DNA of 64,000 nucleotides from Pseudomonadota bacterium (GCA_023405815.1 JAEXXM010000056.1:1126-65125); one strand, 5' to 3'; shown: positions 7,661-17,484, counted from the first letter of the stretch. Made by a program: numbers and translations. The notes: generated by a model from the sequence alone, not told the origin.

Positions 7661-8254
7661 ATGGCAGATTGGAATGCGCCCGCCGACACGTTGACCGTGG
7701 CGGTGCAGGCGGACACATCGCAGTTCCAGCAGCAGATCGCCGATGCGTCGCGGCTGGGGCGTCAGTTCGGCAACCAGCTCGTCACGGCGTTCGACGGCAT
7801 CGCCATCAAGGGCCGCGGCGTCGGCGATGTGCTGCGGGGGCTGGCGCTGAACCTGTCGCAGCTCGTGCTCAAGGCGGCGCTGCGGCCGTTGACGGATTCG
7901 ATCGGCGGCGCGGTGGCGGGCCTGCTGAGCGGGGGGCTGGGGTTCGCGAAGGGCGGCGTGATCCAGCAGCGGCTGCCAGTGCCGTTCGCATCGGGCGGCG
8001 TGATCGCGAGCCCCGTGACGTTTCCGCTTGCGGGCGGGCGCGTGGGACTTGCGGGCGAGCGCGGTGCGGAGGCGATCATGCCGCTGACGCGCGGACCGGA
8101 CGGACGGCTCGGTGTTGCAGCGCAGGGTGCCGGCGGTGGCGTCAACGTCACGTTCAACGTGACGACGCCGGATGCTGAGAGCTTCAGGCGCTCGGAGGCG
8201 CAGGTGGCGGCGATGGTGGCGAGGGCCGTCGCGCTGGGGCAACGAAATTTGTGA
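7661..8254 (+). CDS. Short tape measure protein (GTA g11)
   Basis: FAKGGVI, GLAGERGAEAIMPLTRGPDGRLGV, TPDAESFRRSE..GQRNL; 197 aa. Confidence 0.92.
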   Translation: MADWNAPADTLTVAVQADTSQFQQQIADASRLGRQFGNQLVTAFDGIAIKGRGVGDVLRGLALNLSQLVLKAALRPLTDSIGGAVAGLLSGGLGFAKGGVIQQRLPVPFASGGVIASPVTFPLAGGRVGLAGERGAEAIMPLTRGPDGRLGVAAQGAGGGVNVTFNVTTPDAESFRRSEAQVAAMVARAVALGQRNL

Positions 8255-8283
8255 AGCAGTGGGCAGTCGGCAGTAGGCAGTAG
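8255..8283 (+). repeat. Short tandem heptamer repeat (GGCAGTA-like)
   Basis: agcagtgggcagtcggcagtaggcagtag. Confidence 0.7.
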
Positions 8284-8287
8284 CGGC

Positions 8288-8926
8288 ATGAGCTTTCACG
8301 AGATCCGATTTCCGACCGACATATCGCGCGGGGCGCAAGGAGGGCCGGAGCGGCGCACGGACGTGGTGGTGCTCGGCTCGGGGCATGAGGAACGCAACGC
8401 GCGCTGGGCGGACTCGCGCCGCAGCTACAACGCAGGGTATGGCGTCAAGTCGATCGACGATCTCGACGCGGTGATACAGTTCTTCGAGGAACGGCGCGGG
8501 CGGCTCTATGGCTTTCGCTGGCGCGATCACGCCGACAGCAAGTCGTGCCTGCCGAGCGGGAGCGTCTCCGCGCTCGACCAGGCGATCGGCACTGGCGACG
8601 GAACGCGCGTCGCGTTCCAATTGCGGAAGACCTACGGCAGCGCGCATGCGCCGTGGCCGCGTGCGATCCTGAAGCCCGTCGAAGGCAGTGTGGTTGTCGC
8701 GGTCGGTGGCGTCGCGGCGAGTGAGGGCACGGACTTCACGGTGGATACGACGACGGGCGTTGTGCTGTTCCAGCCGGGGCATGTGCCGGGTGCCGGTGCG
8801 GAGGTGACGGCCGGCTTCGCGTTCGATGTGCCGGTGCGCTTCGACACCGACCGGCTGGAGATCAACCTGCAAGGGTTCCGGCACGGGGCCATTCCTCACA
8901 TTCCGATCGTCGAGGTGCGGCTGTGA
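8288..8926 (+). CDS. Distal tail protein, DUF2460 (GTA g12)
   Basis: MSFHEIRFP, GGPERRTDVV, FFEERRGRLYGFRWRD, FDVPVRFDTD. Confidence 0.95.
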   Translation: MSFHEIRFPTDISRGAQGGPERRTDVVVLGSGHEERNARWADSRRSYNAGYGVKSIDDLDAVIQFFEERRGRLYGFRWRDHADSKSCLPSGSVSALDQAIGTGDGTRVAFQLRKTYGSAHAPWPRAILKPVEGSVVVAVGGVAASEGTDFTVDTTTGVVLFQPGHVPGAGAEVTAGFAFDVPVRFDTDRLEINLQGFRHGAIPHIPIVEVRL

Positions 8927-9786
8927 AGCAGATTTCACCCGAGCTGCAGGCGCACCTCGACAGCGGGGCGACGACGCTGTGCTGGTGCTGGCGGCTGACG
9001 CGGCGCGATGAGACGCGGCTCGGCTTCACCGACCACGACCGTGACGTCGCCTTCGACGGGACGACGTTCGAGGCGGCGGCGGGGTTCACGGCGAGCGAGA
9101 TGCGCGACTCGGTCGGGCTCAGCGTCGACAACCTCGAGGTGCAGAGTGCGCTGTCGTCGGAGCGGCTGAGCGAAGCCGACCTGGTGGCGGGAGTCTACGA
9201 CGACGCGCGGGTGGAGATCTTCCGCGTCAATTGGGCGGCGCCGGAGCAGCGGGTGCTGATGCGCTCGGGGAGCCTCGGCGAGGTGCGGCGCGCCGGGCTG
9301 ACCTTCACCGCCGAGGTGCGCGGGCTATCGCACTACCTGCAGCAGCCAAAGGGGCGGCTCTATCAATTCACATGCGACGCTGACCTTGGCGATACGCGGT
9401 GCAAAGTGCTGCTGTCTAATCCACTCTATCGCGGCGATGGCGCGATCGTCGCGGTCGCAAGCGAGCGGCGGTTTACTGTGAGCGGCCTCGATGCTTTCGA
9501 GGACGACTGGTTCTCGCGCGGGCTGCTGACGTTCACCTCAGGTGCGGCGAACGGGCAGGCAATCGAGGTGCGGGCGCACGGCAAGAGCGGGGATACGGTG
9601 AGCATCGAGCTGTGGGCGCCGGCACGCGGGCCGCTCGAGGTGGGTCAGACGTTCGTCATCGCGGCGGGGTGCGACAAGCACCTTGCGACGTGCCAGGCGA
9701 AGTTCGGCAACGTCGCCAATTTCCGCGGCTTCGCGCACATGCCGGGCAACGACTTCGTGACGAGCTTTGCTGGCAAAAATACGTGA
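8923..9786 (+). CDS. Baseplate hub, DUF2163 (GTA g13)
   Basis: TTLCWCW, GFTDHDRD, CDADLGDTRC, GCDK..TC..KF.N..NFRGF.HMPG (Fe-S-type cysteines). Confidence 0.95.
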   Translation: MKQISPELQAHLDSGATTLCWCWRLTRRDETRLGFTDHDRDVAFDGTTFEAAAGFTASEMRDSVGLSVDNLEVQSALSSERLSEADLVAGVYDDARVEIFRVNWAAPEQRVLMRSGSLGEVRRAGLTFTAEVRGLSHYLQQPKGRLYQFTCDADLGDTRCKVLLSNPLYRGDGAIVAVASERRFTVSGLDAFEDDWFSRGLLTFTSGAANGQAIEVRAHGKSGDTVSIELWAPARGPLEVGQTFVIAAGCDKHLATCQAKFGNVANFRGFAHMPGNDFVTSFAGKNT

Positions 9787-9810
9787 TGCGTAGCGCTTGC
9801 GGAGACTTGC

Positions 9811-9837
9811 GTGGATGGCCGCCTGCGCGGCCATGAC
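9811..9837. repeat. Single REP-like unit
   Basis: gtggatggccgcctgcgcggccatgac: palindrome ending ATGAC like the other REPs. Confidence 0.6.
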
Positions 9838-9864
9838 GTGAATAGGATGTGACCGAGTAATCGC

Positions 9865-10323
9865 ATGATGACGCAAGTGGCCTGCGAGGGCATTTCGCGA
9901 GACAGCATCGTGCGGGCTGCGCGCGGATGGATCGGCACGCCGTACCATCATCAGGCAAGCGTGCGCGGCGTCGGGGCCGATTGCCTGGGGCTGGTTCGCG
10001 GCGTGTGGCGCGAAGCTTATGGCTGCGAGGCGGAGACGCCGCCGCCGTACAGCCGCGACTGGGCCGAGGCCGGCGGAGAAGAGACGATGCTCGGCGCCGC
10101 GGCTCGGCACCTCGTTCCTATCGCGGCGGCCGAGGCGAAGGCTGGTGACGTACTGATCTTTCGGTTGCGCGCGGGGACGGTCGCCAAGCACGCGGCCATT
10201 CTTTCCAGCGAGACGACGATGATCCACGCGATGGAGGGCGCGGCGGCGTGCGAGGTGCCGCTGTCTGGCTGGTGGCGTCGGCGCATCGCCGGCTCCTTTG
10301 CATTCCCCGGGACGGTGCGCTGA
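9865..10323 (+). CDS. NlpC/P60 peptidase (GTA g14)
   Basis: WIGTPYHHQAS, GADCLGLVRGVW, AKHAAI, MIHA. Confidence 0.93.
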   Translation: MMTQVACEGISRDSIVRAARGWIGTPYHHQASVRGVGADCLGLVRGVWREAYGCEAETPPPYSRDWAEAGGEETMLGAAARHLVPIAAAEAKAGDVLIFRLRAGTVAKHAAILSSETTMIHAMEGAAACEVPLSGWWRRRIAGSFAFPGTVR

Positions 10324-13300
10324 TGGCTACGCTTGCTCTTGCCGCTGCCGGCGCTGCGGTCGGCGGCGCAGTGCTGCCGACCGGCTTCACGCTGCTCGGT
10401 GCGACGATCACGGGCGCCAGCATCGGTACGCAGATCGGCGCCATCGCCGGGTCGGTCATCGATCAGGCGCTGCTCGGCGGTGCGGGCAAGTCGCGCCACA
10501 GCGAAGGCCCGCGGCTTTCCGAATTGCACATCACGGCGTCGACAGAGGGCGCGCCGGTGCCGCGCATCTATGGGCGCGTTCGTCTCGGCGGGCAGGTGAT
10601 ATGGGCAACGCCGTTCGAGGAGGATGTCGTCACATCGTCGAGCGGCGGCAGCGGCAAGGGCATTGCGTCCGCGCCCGCCTCGACGACGACCGAATACCGC
10701 TACTATGCGAACTTTGCGGTGGCGTTGTGCGAGGGGGAGGTCAGCGGGCTCGGGCGCATCTGGGCGGACGGCGTCGAGATCGACCGGTCGCAGATCATGC
10801 ATCGCGTCTATCTCGGGTCGGAGACGCAGGAGGCAGACGGCCTGATCGTCGCGCGCGAGGGCGCGGCGAATGCACCCGCATATCGCGGTGTCTGCTACGT
10901 GGTGTTCGAGCGGCTGGCGCTGGCGCAATTCGGCAACCGGCTGCCGCAGCTCTCGTTCGAGGTCTATCGCTCGGTCGAGGCGTTCGCGACGGAAATCCGC
11001 GCCGTGGTGCTGATCCCGGGATCGGGAGAATTCTGCTACTCGCCGACGGCAGTGACGCAGCAGGTGGGGCTCGCGGGATCATCGCCGGAGAACGTGCACA
11101 CGCGCCAGGGCGGAACGGACTGGACCGTCTCCATCGATCAGCTCGAGGCGAGCCTGCCGAATGCGCGCAACGTTTCGCTGGTGGTGAGCTGGTTCGGCAC
11201 CGACTTGCGCGCGGGCGTGTGCGAGCTGAAGCCCGGCGTGGAGCATGCCGACAAGATCACCAATCCGGTGTCATGGAAGGTGGCGGGTGTGGAGCGCGCG
11301 TCGGCGTATGTCGTCAGCCAGCGCGAGGGGCGAGCGGCCTACGGCGGCACGCCGAGCGACAAAAGCGTGATCGACGCCATCCGCGACCTGAAGGATCGCG
11401 GCATCGGCGTGACGCTCAACCCGTTCATCCTGATGGACGTGGCGGAGGGAAACACGCTTGCGAACCCTTACGGCGGCACAAGCCAGCCGGCCTATCCCTG
11501 GCGCGGACGCATCACGGTGCATCCGGCAGCCGGGCAGCCGGAGAGCCCGGACAAGACCGCAGCAGCGGCGAGCCAAATTGCGGCGTTTGTCGGTGTCGCA
11601 GGTCCTGATGACTTCACGCTGGTCGGTGACGAGGTGGTCTACTCCGGTCCGGACGAGTGGTCGTTCCGGCGGATGGTTCTGCATCATGCTTATCTGGCGA
11701 AAGCGGCCGGCGGCGTCGATGCGCTCCTAATCTGCAGCGAGCTGCGGGGTTTGACTTGGGTGCGCGATGGCGCCTCGCACTATCCGTTCGTCGATGCGCT
11801 GATCGCGCTCGCCGCAGACGTGAACGAAGTTCTGCCGGAAGCGAAGATCGTCTACGCAGCGGACTGGTCCGAGTACTTCGGGCATCAGCCCGCAGACGGG
11901 ACGGGCGACGTCTACTTCCACCTCGACCCGCTGTGGGCCTCGGCGGCCATCGATGCCATCGGCGTCGACGTCTACTGGCCGCTGGCGGATTGGCGCGAAG
12001 GACGCGACCATCTCGACTATCAAGCGGGCGTTCGCTCGATCTACGAGCTGCCTTACCTCATCGGCAACCTGCGCGGCGGCGAGGGCTTCGACTGGTACTA
12101 CGCGTCGGCCGAGGATCGTGCGGCGCAGGTGCGGTCGCCGATCACCGACGGCGCAGGCAAGCCGTGGGTGTTCCGCTACAAGGACATCAAGTCGTGGTGG
12201 CTCAATGCCCACTACGACCGCCCCGGCGGTGTCGAGAGCGGTACGCCGACGGCTTGGGTGCCGCAGTCGAAGCCGTTCTGGCTTACCGAGATCGGCTGCC
12301 CGGCGGTCGACAAGGGGGCCAACCAGCCGAACGTGTTCGTCGATCCGAAGAGTTCGGAGACGGCGCTTCCGTATTTCTCCAAGGGCACGCGCGACGACTT
12401 CATGCAGCGGCGCTTTCTGCGCGCATTCATCGAGGGGCTCGATCCGGCATCGCCCAACTATCTCGACGGGGCCAACCCGGTGTCGGGGCTCTACGGCGGC
12501 CGCATGGTCGATCTCGACCACGTGCACGTCTACACGTGGGATGCGCGGCCCTATCCGGCGTTTCCGTTCGAGACCGAGGTTTGGGGTGACGGTGACAACT
12601 GGCGTCTCGGCCACTGGCTGACGGGACGCTTCTCGAGCGCGCCGCTGGCCGAGACGGTAGCGCAGCTCCTCAATGACTACGGCTTTCAGGCGCACGACAC
12701 CGGTGCGCTGAACGGCACGGTGCCGGGCTATGTCGTCGATCGCGTCATGGCCGCACGCGATGCGCTCGAGCCGCTGGAGGTTGCTTACTTCTTCGACGCG
12801 CTCGAGAGCGGGGGCGAGATCGTATTCCGGCATCGCGGTGCGGAGCCGCCGGCGATCGAAGTCGGCATCGGCGACCTGGTCGAGACGCGGCCGGACAGCG
12901 CTCTTCTCACGCTCACGCGCGGGCAAGAGACCGAGCTTCCGGCATCGGCGAAGGTGCGGTTCATCTCATCAAGCGGCGACTACGGTCAGGCCGTGTCGGA
13001 GGCGCGCCGCATCGCCGGTGCAAGCGGCCGGGTGAGCCAGGCCGACCTGCCGCTCGTGCTGGAGGGTGCGCAAGCCGAGACGATCGCGGAGACGTGGCTG
13101 TTCGAGGCCTGGGCCGCACGCGAGCGCGCGAGCTTCTCGCTGGCGCCGAGCAAGCTGGCGGTCGAGCCCGGCGACAGCGTGCGCATCGGCGGCGCGGATG
13201 GCGCGCGGCTCTATCGCGTGACGGAGATAGGCGAGCACGGCGCGCGCGAGATAGAGGCGCGCAGCATCGATCCGGAAATCTATGCTGCGGGGACGGGCAA

Positions 13301-14267
13301 GGAGCGACCGGGACGCGGCGGAGCGGCGACGATCACAGGGCAACCGCTGGTCGAGTTCATCGACCTGCCGCTGCTGCGTGGGGATGAGCCTGCCGCCGCG
13401 GGGTATGTCGCGGCGACGCAGACGCCATGGCCGGGGAGCGTGGCGATCTACGGATCGCCGGAGACGACGGGCTATGTGCTCAAGGGCCTGGCGAGCGCGC
13501 CGGCGACAGTCGGAGTCACGCTCGATGACCTGCCGACCGGGCCCGAGGGGCGGATCGATCACGGCGTGCGACTGAGGGTGAAAGTCGAGGGCGAAGCCCT
13601 GACGTCATGCACGCTGCTGCAACTCTACTCCGGGCGCAATGTGGCCGGCGTGCGTAACGCCGACGGCGAATGGGAGGTGCTGCAGTTCGCCAATGCGGCT
13701 CTGATCTCACCGGGGACGTACGAGCTCTCCGGGCTTTTGCGCGGACAGGGAGGCACCGAGCGCGCGATGCGGGCGCCGGTGTCCGCGGGAGCGCGCTTCG
13801 TGCTGATCAACACGGCGCTGGCGCGGCTCGATCTCGCCGCGGCGGAGTTGCGGCTGCCGTACTCGTGGAGGGTGGGGCCGGCGACACGCGATATCGGCGA
13901 TGCGACATATGTCGCGGCCGCGCACACGTTCCAGGGCCTGGGTCTGAAGCCACTGTCGCCTGTGCATGTCCGCGCGACGCGCAGCTCGGGCGACACTACG
14001 ATCTCATGGCTGCGGCGCACGAGGATCGGCGGGGATGCCTGGGAGGCTCCAGACGTTCCGCTGGGCGAGGATGTCGAGAGCTACGAGGTCGATATTCTCG
14101 ACGGCACACTGGTGAAGCGCACGCTTCCGTCGGCGACGACGAGCGTCACGTACACGAGCGCACAACAAGGCGAGGACTTCGGCGCGCCGCAGTCATCGCT
14201 GGACGTGCGCGTCTATCAGCTTTCGGCCGCCTACGGTCGCGGCACGCCGCGCGAAGCGACGGTGTGA
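10323..14267 (+). CDS. Baseplate multidomain 'megatron' protein (GTA g15)
   Basis: MATLALAAAG, EGPRL, APAYRG, IPGSGEF, YAADWSEY, GGEGFDWYY, WDARPYP; TGATG overlap with g14. Confidence 0.96.
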   Translation: MATLALAAAGAAVGGAVLPTGFTLLGATITGASIGTQIGAIAGSVIDQALLGGAGKSRHSEGPRLSELHITASTEGAPVPRIYGRVRLGGQVIWATPFEEDVVTSSSGGSGKGIASAPASTTTEYRYYANFAVALCEGEVSGLGRIWADGVEIDRSQIMHRVYLGSETQEADGLIVAREGAANAPAYRGVCYVVFERLALAQFGNRLPQLSFEVYRSVEAFATEIRAVVLIPGSGEFCYSPTAVTQQVGLAGSSPENVHTRQGGTDWTVSIDQLEASLPNARNVSLVVSWFGTDLRAGVCELKPGVEHADKITNPVSWKVAGVERASAYVVSQREGRAAYGGTPSDKSVIDAIRDLKDRGIGVTLNPFILMDVAEGNTLANPYGGTSQPAYPWRGRITVHPAAGQPESPDKTAAAASQIAAFVGVAGPDDFTLVGDEVVYSGPDEWSFRRMVLHHAYLAKAAGGVDALLICSELRGLTWVRDGASHYPFVDALIALAADVNEVLPEAKIVYAADWSEYFGHQPADGTGDVYFHLDPLWASAAIDAIGVDVYWPLADWREGRDHLDYQAGVRSIYELPYLIGNLRGGEGFDWYYASAEDRAAQVRSPITDGAGKPWVFRYKDIKSWWLNAHYDRPGGVESGTPTAWVPQSKPFWLTEIGCPAVDKGANQPNVFVDPKSSETALPYFSKGTRDDFMQRRFLRAFIEGLDPASPNYLDGANPVSGLYGGRMVDLDHVHVYTWDARPYPAFPFETEVWGDGDNWRLGHWLTGRFSSAPLAETVAQLLNDYGFQAHDTGALNGTVPGYVVDRVMAARDALEPLEVAYFFDALESGGEIVFRHRGAEPPAIEVGIGDLVETRPDSALLTLTRGQETELPASAKVRFISSSGDYGQAVSEARRIAGASGRVSQADLPLVLEGAQAETIAETWLFEAWAARERASFSLAPSKLAVEPGDSVRIGGADGARLYRVTEIGEHGAREIEARSIDPEIYAAGTGKERPGRGGAATITGQPLVEFIDLPLLRGDEPAAAGYVAATQTPWPGSVAIYGSPETTGYVLKGLASAPATVGVTLDDLPTGPEGRIDHGVRLRVKVEGEALTSCTLLQLYSGRNVAGVRNADGEWEVLQFANAALISPGTYELSGLLRGQGGTERAMRAPVSAGARFVLINTALARLDLAAAELRLPYSWRVGPATRDIGDATYVAAAHTFQGLGLKPLSPVHVRATRSSGDTTISWLRRTRIGGDAWEAPDVPLGEDVESYEVDILDGTLVKRTLPSATTSVTYTSAQQGEDFGAPQSSLDVRVYQLSAAYGRGTPREATV

Positions 14268-14328
14268 GACGGCAGCGGAGCCAACCTCCCACTGTCATCA
14301 AAGAACTTCTGTTGAGTGTTTGAGACGT

Positions 14329-14558
14329 GGATCCTCGGGACAAGCCCGAGGATGACATTCTATTGCAAGCGCGTAGAACTCTTTGACGGTCGAAGTGGCG
14401 AACGGTCGCCTTCCCGGTGTCATCCTCGGGCTTGTCCCGAGGACACAACTATCAGCTTGCTCTGTCGCCGAAGTGGTTGCGAGCGGCTAGCGCTGCTGCG
14501 TGCTCACCATACGCTGGAGTGTGCGGCGCTGGGTCCTCGGGGCAAGCCCGAGGATGAC
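14329..14558. repeat. REP cluster: single unit 14329-14356 plus doublet 14419-14558
   Basis: ggatcctcgggacaagcccgaggatgac; gtcatcctcgggcttgtcccgaggac ... gggtcctcggggcaagcccgaggatgac. Confidence 0.85.
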
Positions 14559-14591
14559 GCTGAGCTGGACGCGTTGAGCAGAGGCACAGAA

Positions 14592-15911
14592 ATGCAGCAG
14601 CCGGCGTGGATGGCGGCGGCGTGGACGGAGCTCGGCCAGCGCGAAGTTGGTGGTTCGGCCGACAATGCGCGCATCCGGTCTTTCTTCCGCGAGGTCGGAC
14701 AGCCGGCGAGCCTGCATGACGAAGTGGCGTGGTGTGCGGCGTTCGTCGGAGCGTGCCTCGAACGCGCCGGCCATGCGTCGACGCGCTCGCTGATGGCGCG
14801 CTCCTACCTGCGCTGGGGGGAGAAACTCGACGGGGGCCGCTTCGGTGCGATCGCCGTGCTCTCGCGCGGCAGCGATCCGGCGGCGGGCCACGTCGGCTTC
14901 CTCATCGGCGAGATAGAGGCGCACCTTATTTTGCTCGGCGGCAATCAGGGCGATGCCGTGAGCGTGGCGGCTTACCCCAAGGCGCGGCTGCTCGGGTTTC
15001 GTTGGCCGCCGAGCGCATCCAACGCCGACGCTCGCAAGGCGCAGCAAGCACCTCAGAGCGACGCGCTCTTTGCCCGCGGGCTTGCCCACGTGCTCGAGAT
15101 GGAAGGTGGCATTAGCGATGATCCGTACGATCCCGGCGGGTTGACCAACAAGGGCATAACGCTGCGCGTCTATGCCGAATGGAAGGGCGTTGAACCTGAC
15201 GAGGGCCTCGAGGCGGAGCTGAAGCGCATCTCGGACGAGGCCGTGCGCGACATCTATTTGCAGCGCTACTGGCGCCCGGCGCATTGCACGGAGATGGCGC
15301 CAGCGCTGGCATTCCTGCACTTCGACGCTGCAGTCAATCACGGGGTGACCGGCGCGATGCGGCTCTTGCAGCGCGCGGTCGGAACCGATCCCGATGGCGA
15401 GATCGGACCCAATACGCGCGCTGCGATTGCGCGGTTTTCCATGGCGGATGTCCTGCGGCGGTATGCGGATGCGCGGCGCGCGCGCTACCGCGCGCTGCCG
15501 CACTTCTGGCGCTTCGGGCGCGGGTGGCTCGCGCGCGTCGACAAGACACTGGCGCGAGCGCTCGCCATCGCCGGCGAGCACGCAGATGCCGACACAACTT
15601 TGGCCTCAGCAAGCGATGAAGGAGCTGGCGACATGAGCGACACGACGAGCGAAACGCAGACGGCGGGCAAGTGGTGGGGCCAGTCGATCACCATCTGGGG
15701 GGCGATCATCACGGGCCTGTCGACAGTGCTGCCGGCGCTCGGCCCGGTGCTCGGCATCGATATCACGGGCGAACTCGTGCGCGAGCTCGGCGACAATATA
15801 GTGGTGACCGTGCAAGCAGTTGGGGGACTGATCGGCACGCTGATGACGATCTATGGCCGGGCGCGCGCGAGCACGCCGCTCGCTCAGCGCAGCGTGCAAC
15901 TGAAACTGTGA
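14592..15911 (+). CDS. Multi-domain lysin: TIGR02594/CHAP-like domain + GH108 lysozyme + C-terminal holin-like TM region
   Basis: DEVAWCAAFV..GHVGF..LGGNQGD; EGG..DDPYDPGGLTNKGIT, FDAAVNHG, FGRGWLAR; KWWGQSITIWGA followed by hydrophobic helices. Confidence 0.88.
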   Translation: MQQPAWMAAAWTELGQREVGGSADNARIRSFFREVGQPASLHDEVAWCAAFVGACLERAGHASTRSLMARSYLRWGEKLDGGRFGAIAVLSRGSDPAAGHVGFLIGEIEAHLILLGGNQGDAVSVAAYPKARLLGFRWPPSASNADARKAQQAPQSDALFARGLAHVLEMEGGISDDPYDPGGLTNKGITLRVYAEWKGVEPDEGLEAELKRISDEAVRDIYLQRYWRPAHCTEMAPALAFLHFDAAVNHGVTGAMRLLQRAVGTDPDGEIGPNTRAAIARFSMADVLRRYADARRARYRALPHFWRFGRGWLARVDKTLARALAIAGEHADADTTLASASDEGAGDMSDTTSETQTAGKWWGQSITIWGAIITGLSTVLPALGPVLGIDITGELVRELGDNIVVTVQAVGGLIGTLMTIYGRARASTPLAQRSVQLKL

Positions 15912-15981
15912 CGCGCGCTGCCATTCATGCCCGGTTCAGCGGCATGTCGTTAACCACGACGCATATGCCACTCATTTTCTC

Positions 15982-16287
15982 ATGACTTACATGCTTCGGA
16001 TCGCGGCTTTCTTCTTTCTCCTTCTCGGCATTTACATTCCGCACTCCTTCGCCACGCCCGCCTGCATCGCCGACTGGTCGATTGCAGCGCCGATCGTGCA
16101 CAAGGAGAAACTGACGACCGTCGAGGCGCTGTCGCGCATCGCCGCTGAAAAGATCTCCGGCAGCGTCATCGTCAGGACGACGCTGTGCGAGGATAACGGG
16201 GCGTTCTTCTATAGGATCGTCACACGCGATGCCCATGGCCGGCTTTCGACGCTCAGCGTCGATGCGCGCACGCCGTTCGGGCGCTGA
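15982..16287 (+). CDS. Secreted hypothetical (PepSY-like) protein
   Basis: Signal peptide, two Cys, C-terminal VDARTPF; upstream of the feuPQ-like TCS. Confidence 0.65.
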   Translation: MTYMLRIAAFFFLLLGIYIPHSFATPACIADWSIAAPIVHKEKLTTVEALSRIAAEKISGSVIVRTTLCEDNGAFFYRIVTRDAHGRLSTLSVDARTPFGR

Positions 16288-16374
16288 AGGGCGCGGCGGG
16301 GTTCGCAACCTCGGGTTTCTCGCCTAAGGTCTGGCTTCAACGCTCGATCCAGAAGCGAAACAGGGAGAAGGCCG

Positions 16375-16737
16375 ATGCCGTACGTCGATGGATTCGTAGT
16401 GCCAGTGCCGAAGAAGAACCTCGATGCCTATCGCAAGATGGCGCTCAAAGCCGGCAAGGTCTGGATGGAGCACGGCGCGCTCGAGTTCAAGGAGTGCGTC
16501 GCCGAGGACGTGAAGCCGGGCAAGCTGACATCGTTTCCCCAGAGCGTGAAGCTGAAGCCCGGCGAGGTCGTGGTCTTTTCCTACATCGTCTACAAGAACC
16601 GGGCTGCGCGGGACAAAATCAACAAGAAGGTCATGGAAGACCCGAGGCTCTCGAGCATGATGGCGGGCAAAGACATGCCCTTCGACGGCAAGCGCATGGT
16701 CTACGGCGGCTTCGAGACGCTGGTCGACCTGAAATAG
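16375..16737 (+). CDS. DUF1428 (YbaA-like) protein
   Basis: YVDGFVVPVP...TSFPQSVK...MPFDGKRMVYGGF. Confidence 0.92.
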   Translation: MPYVDGFVVPVPKKNLDAYRKMALKAGKVWMEHGALEFKECVAEDVKPGKLTSFPQSVKLKPGEVVVFSYIVYKNRAARDKINKKVMEDPRLSSMMAGKDMPFDGKRMVYGGFETLVDLK

Positions 16738-16815
16738 CCCCGCTCCGGCGCACTTTGATGAATCGTGAGCGCCCCGCTATAGTCCGGCGAATTCTGGGAG
16801 AAATGCGGGGGAGCC

Positions 16816-17484
16816 GTGCGCGTCCTGGTCGTCGAGGATGACAAAGATCTGAACCGGCAGCTCGTCGCGGCGCTGGGCGATGCGGGCTATGCGGTCGATT
16901 CGGCCCTCGACGGCGAGGAAGGCTACTTCCTCGGTGACACCGAACCCTACGACATCGTCATCCTCGATATCGGCCTGCCGAAGATGGACGGCATCTCCAT
17001 CCTCGAGCAGTGGCGGCGCGCCGACCGCAAGATGCCGGTGATCATCCTCACCGCGCGCGACCGCTGGAGCGACAAGGTCGCGGGCATGGATGCGGGCGCC
17101 GACGACTATGTGGCCAAGCCCTTCCACATGGAGGAGCTGCTGGCGCGGGTGAGGGCGCAGGTGCGGCGCGCATCGGGCCACGCCAAGGCCGAGATCGAGT
17201 GCGGGCCGCTGCGGCTCGACACCAAGACGGCGCGCGTCACCTGCAACGGCCAGCAGATCAAGCTCACCTCGCACGAGTACCGGCTGCTCGCCTATCTCAT
17301 GCACCACAACGGCAGGGTCGTGTCGCGCACGGAGCTGGTCGAGCACCTCTACGAGCAGGATTTCGACCGCGATTCGAATACGATCGAGGTGTTCATCGGC
17401 CGTTTGCGCAAGAAAATTCCCGTCGACGTCATTGAGACGGTGCGCGGACTCGGGTACCGCCTTAGCGAGACGCCGCAAACCTAG
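16816..17484 (+). CDS. feuP: OmpR-family response regulator, FeuP-like
   Basis: REC (VVEDD, LDIGLP, KPF) plus wHTH (DSNTIEVFIGRLRKK, TVRGLGY); syntenic with cycHJKL. Confidence 0.85.
   Translation: MRVLVVEDDKDLNRQLVAALGDAGYAVDSALDGEEGYFLGDTEPYDIVILDIGLPKMDGISILEQWRRADRKMPVIILTARDRWSDKVAGMDAGADDYVAKPFHMEELLARVRAQVRRASGHAKAEIECGPLRLDTKTARVTCNGQQIKLTSHEYRLLAYLMHHNGRVVSRTELVEHLYEQDFDRDSNTIEVFIGRLRKKIPVDVIETVRGLGYRLSETPQT

Larger units (their letters stand above)
1..15911 (+). other. RcGTA-like gene transfer agent head-tail gene cluster (left end outside window)
   Basis: Gene order portal fragment-protease-MCP-adaptor-closure-terminator-tail tube-chaperones-short TMP-Dit-hub-NlpC/P60-megatron matches RcGTA g3-g15. 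No integrase or replication genes; followed directly by core feuPQ-cycHJKL region. Confidence 0.93.

Noticed and set aside
7004..8938. Long antisense ORFs (also 27942-30473, 21985-23547, 25272-26966 and others)
   Set aside because: Shadow frames of high-GC genes with Arg/Ala/Pro-rich, motif-free translations.
4110..14558. Palindromic repeats as a CRISPR array
   Set aside because: They are dispersed inverted doublets with no regular spacers and no cas genes.
1..15911. Interpretation as an ordinary prophage
   Set aside because: No integrase, repressor, replication genes or att site visible; the short TMP, g12-g15 set and core-genome neighbours fit a GTA. The left end is unseen, so this is not fully excluded.
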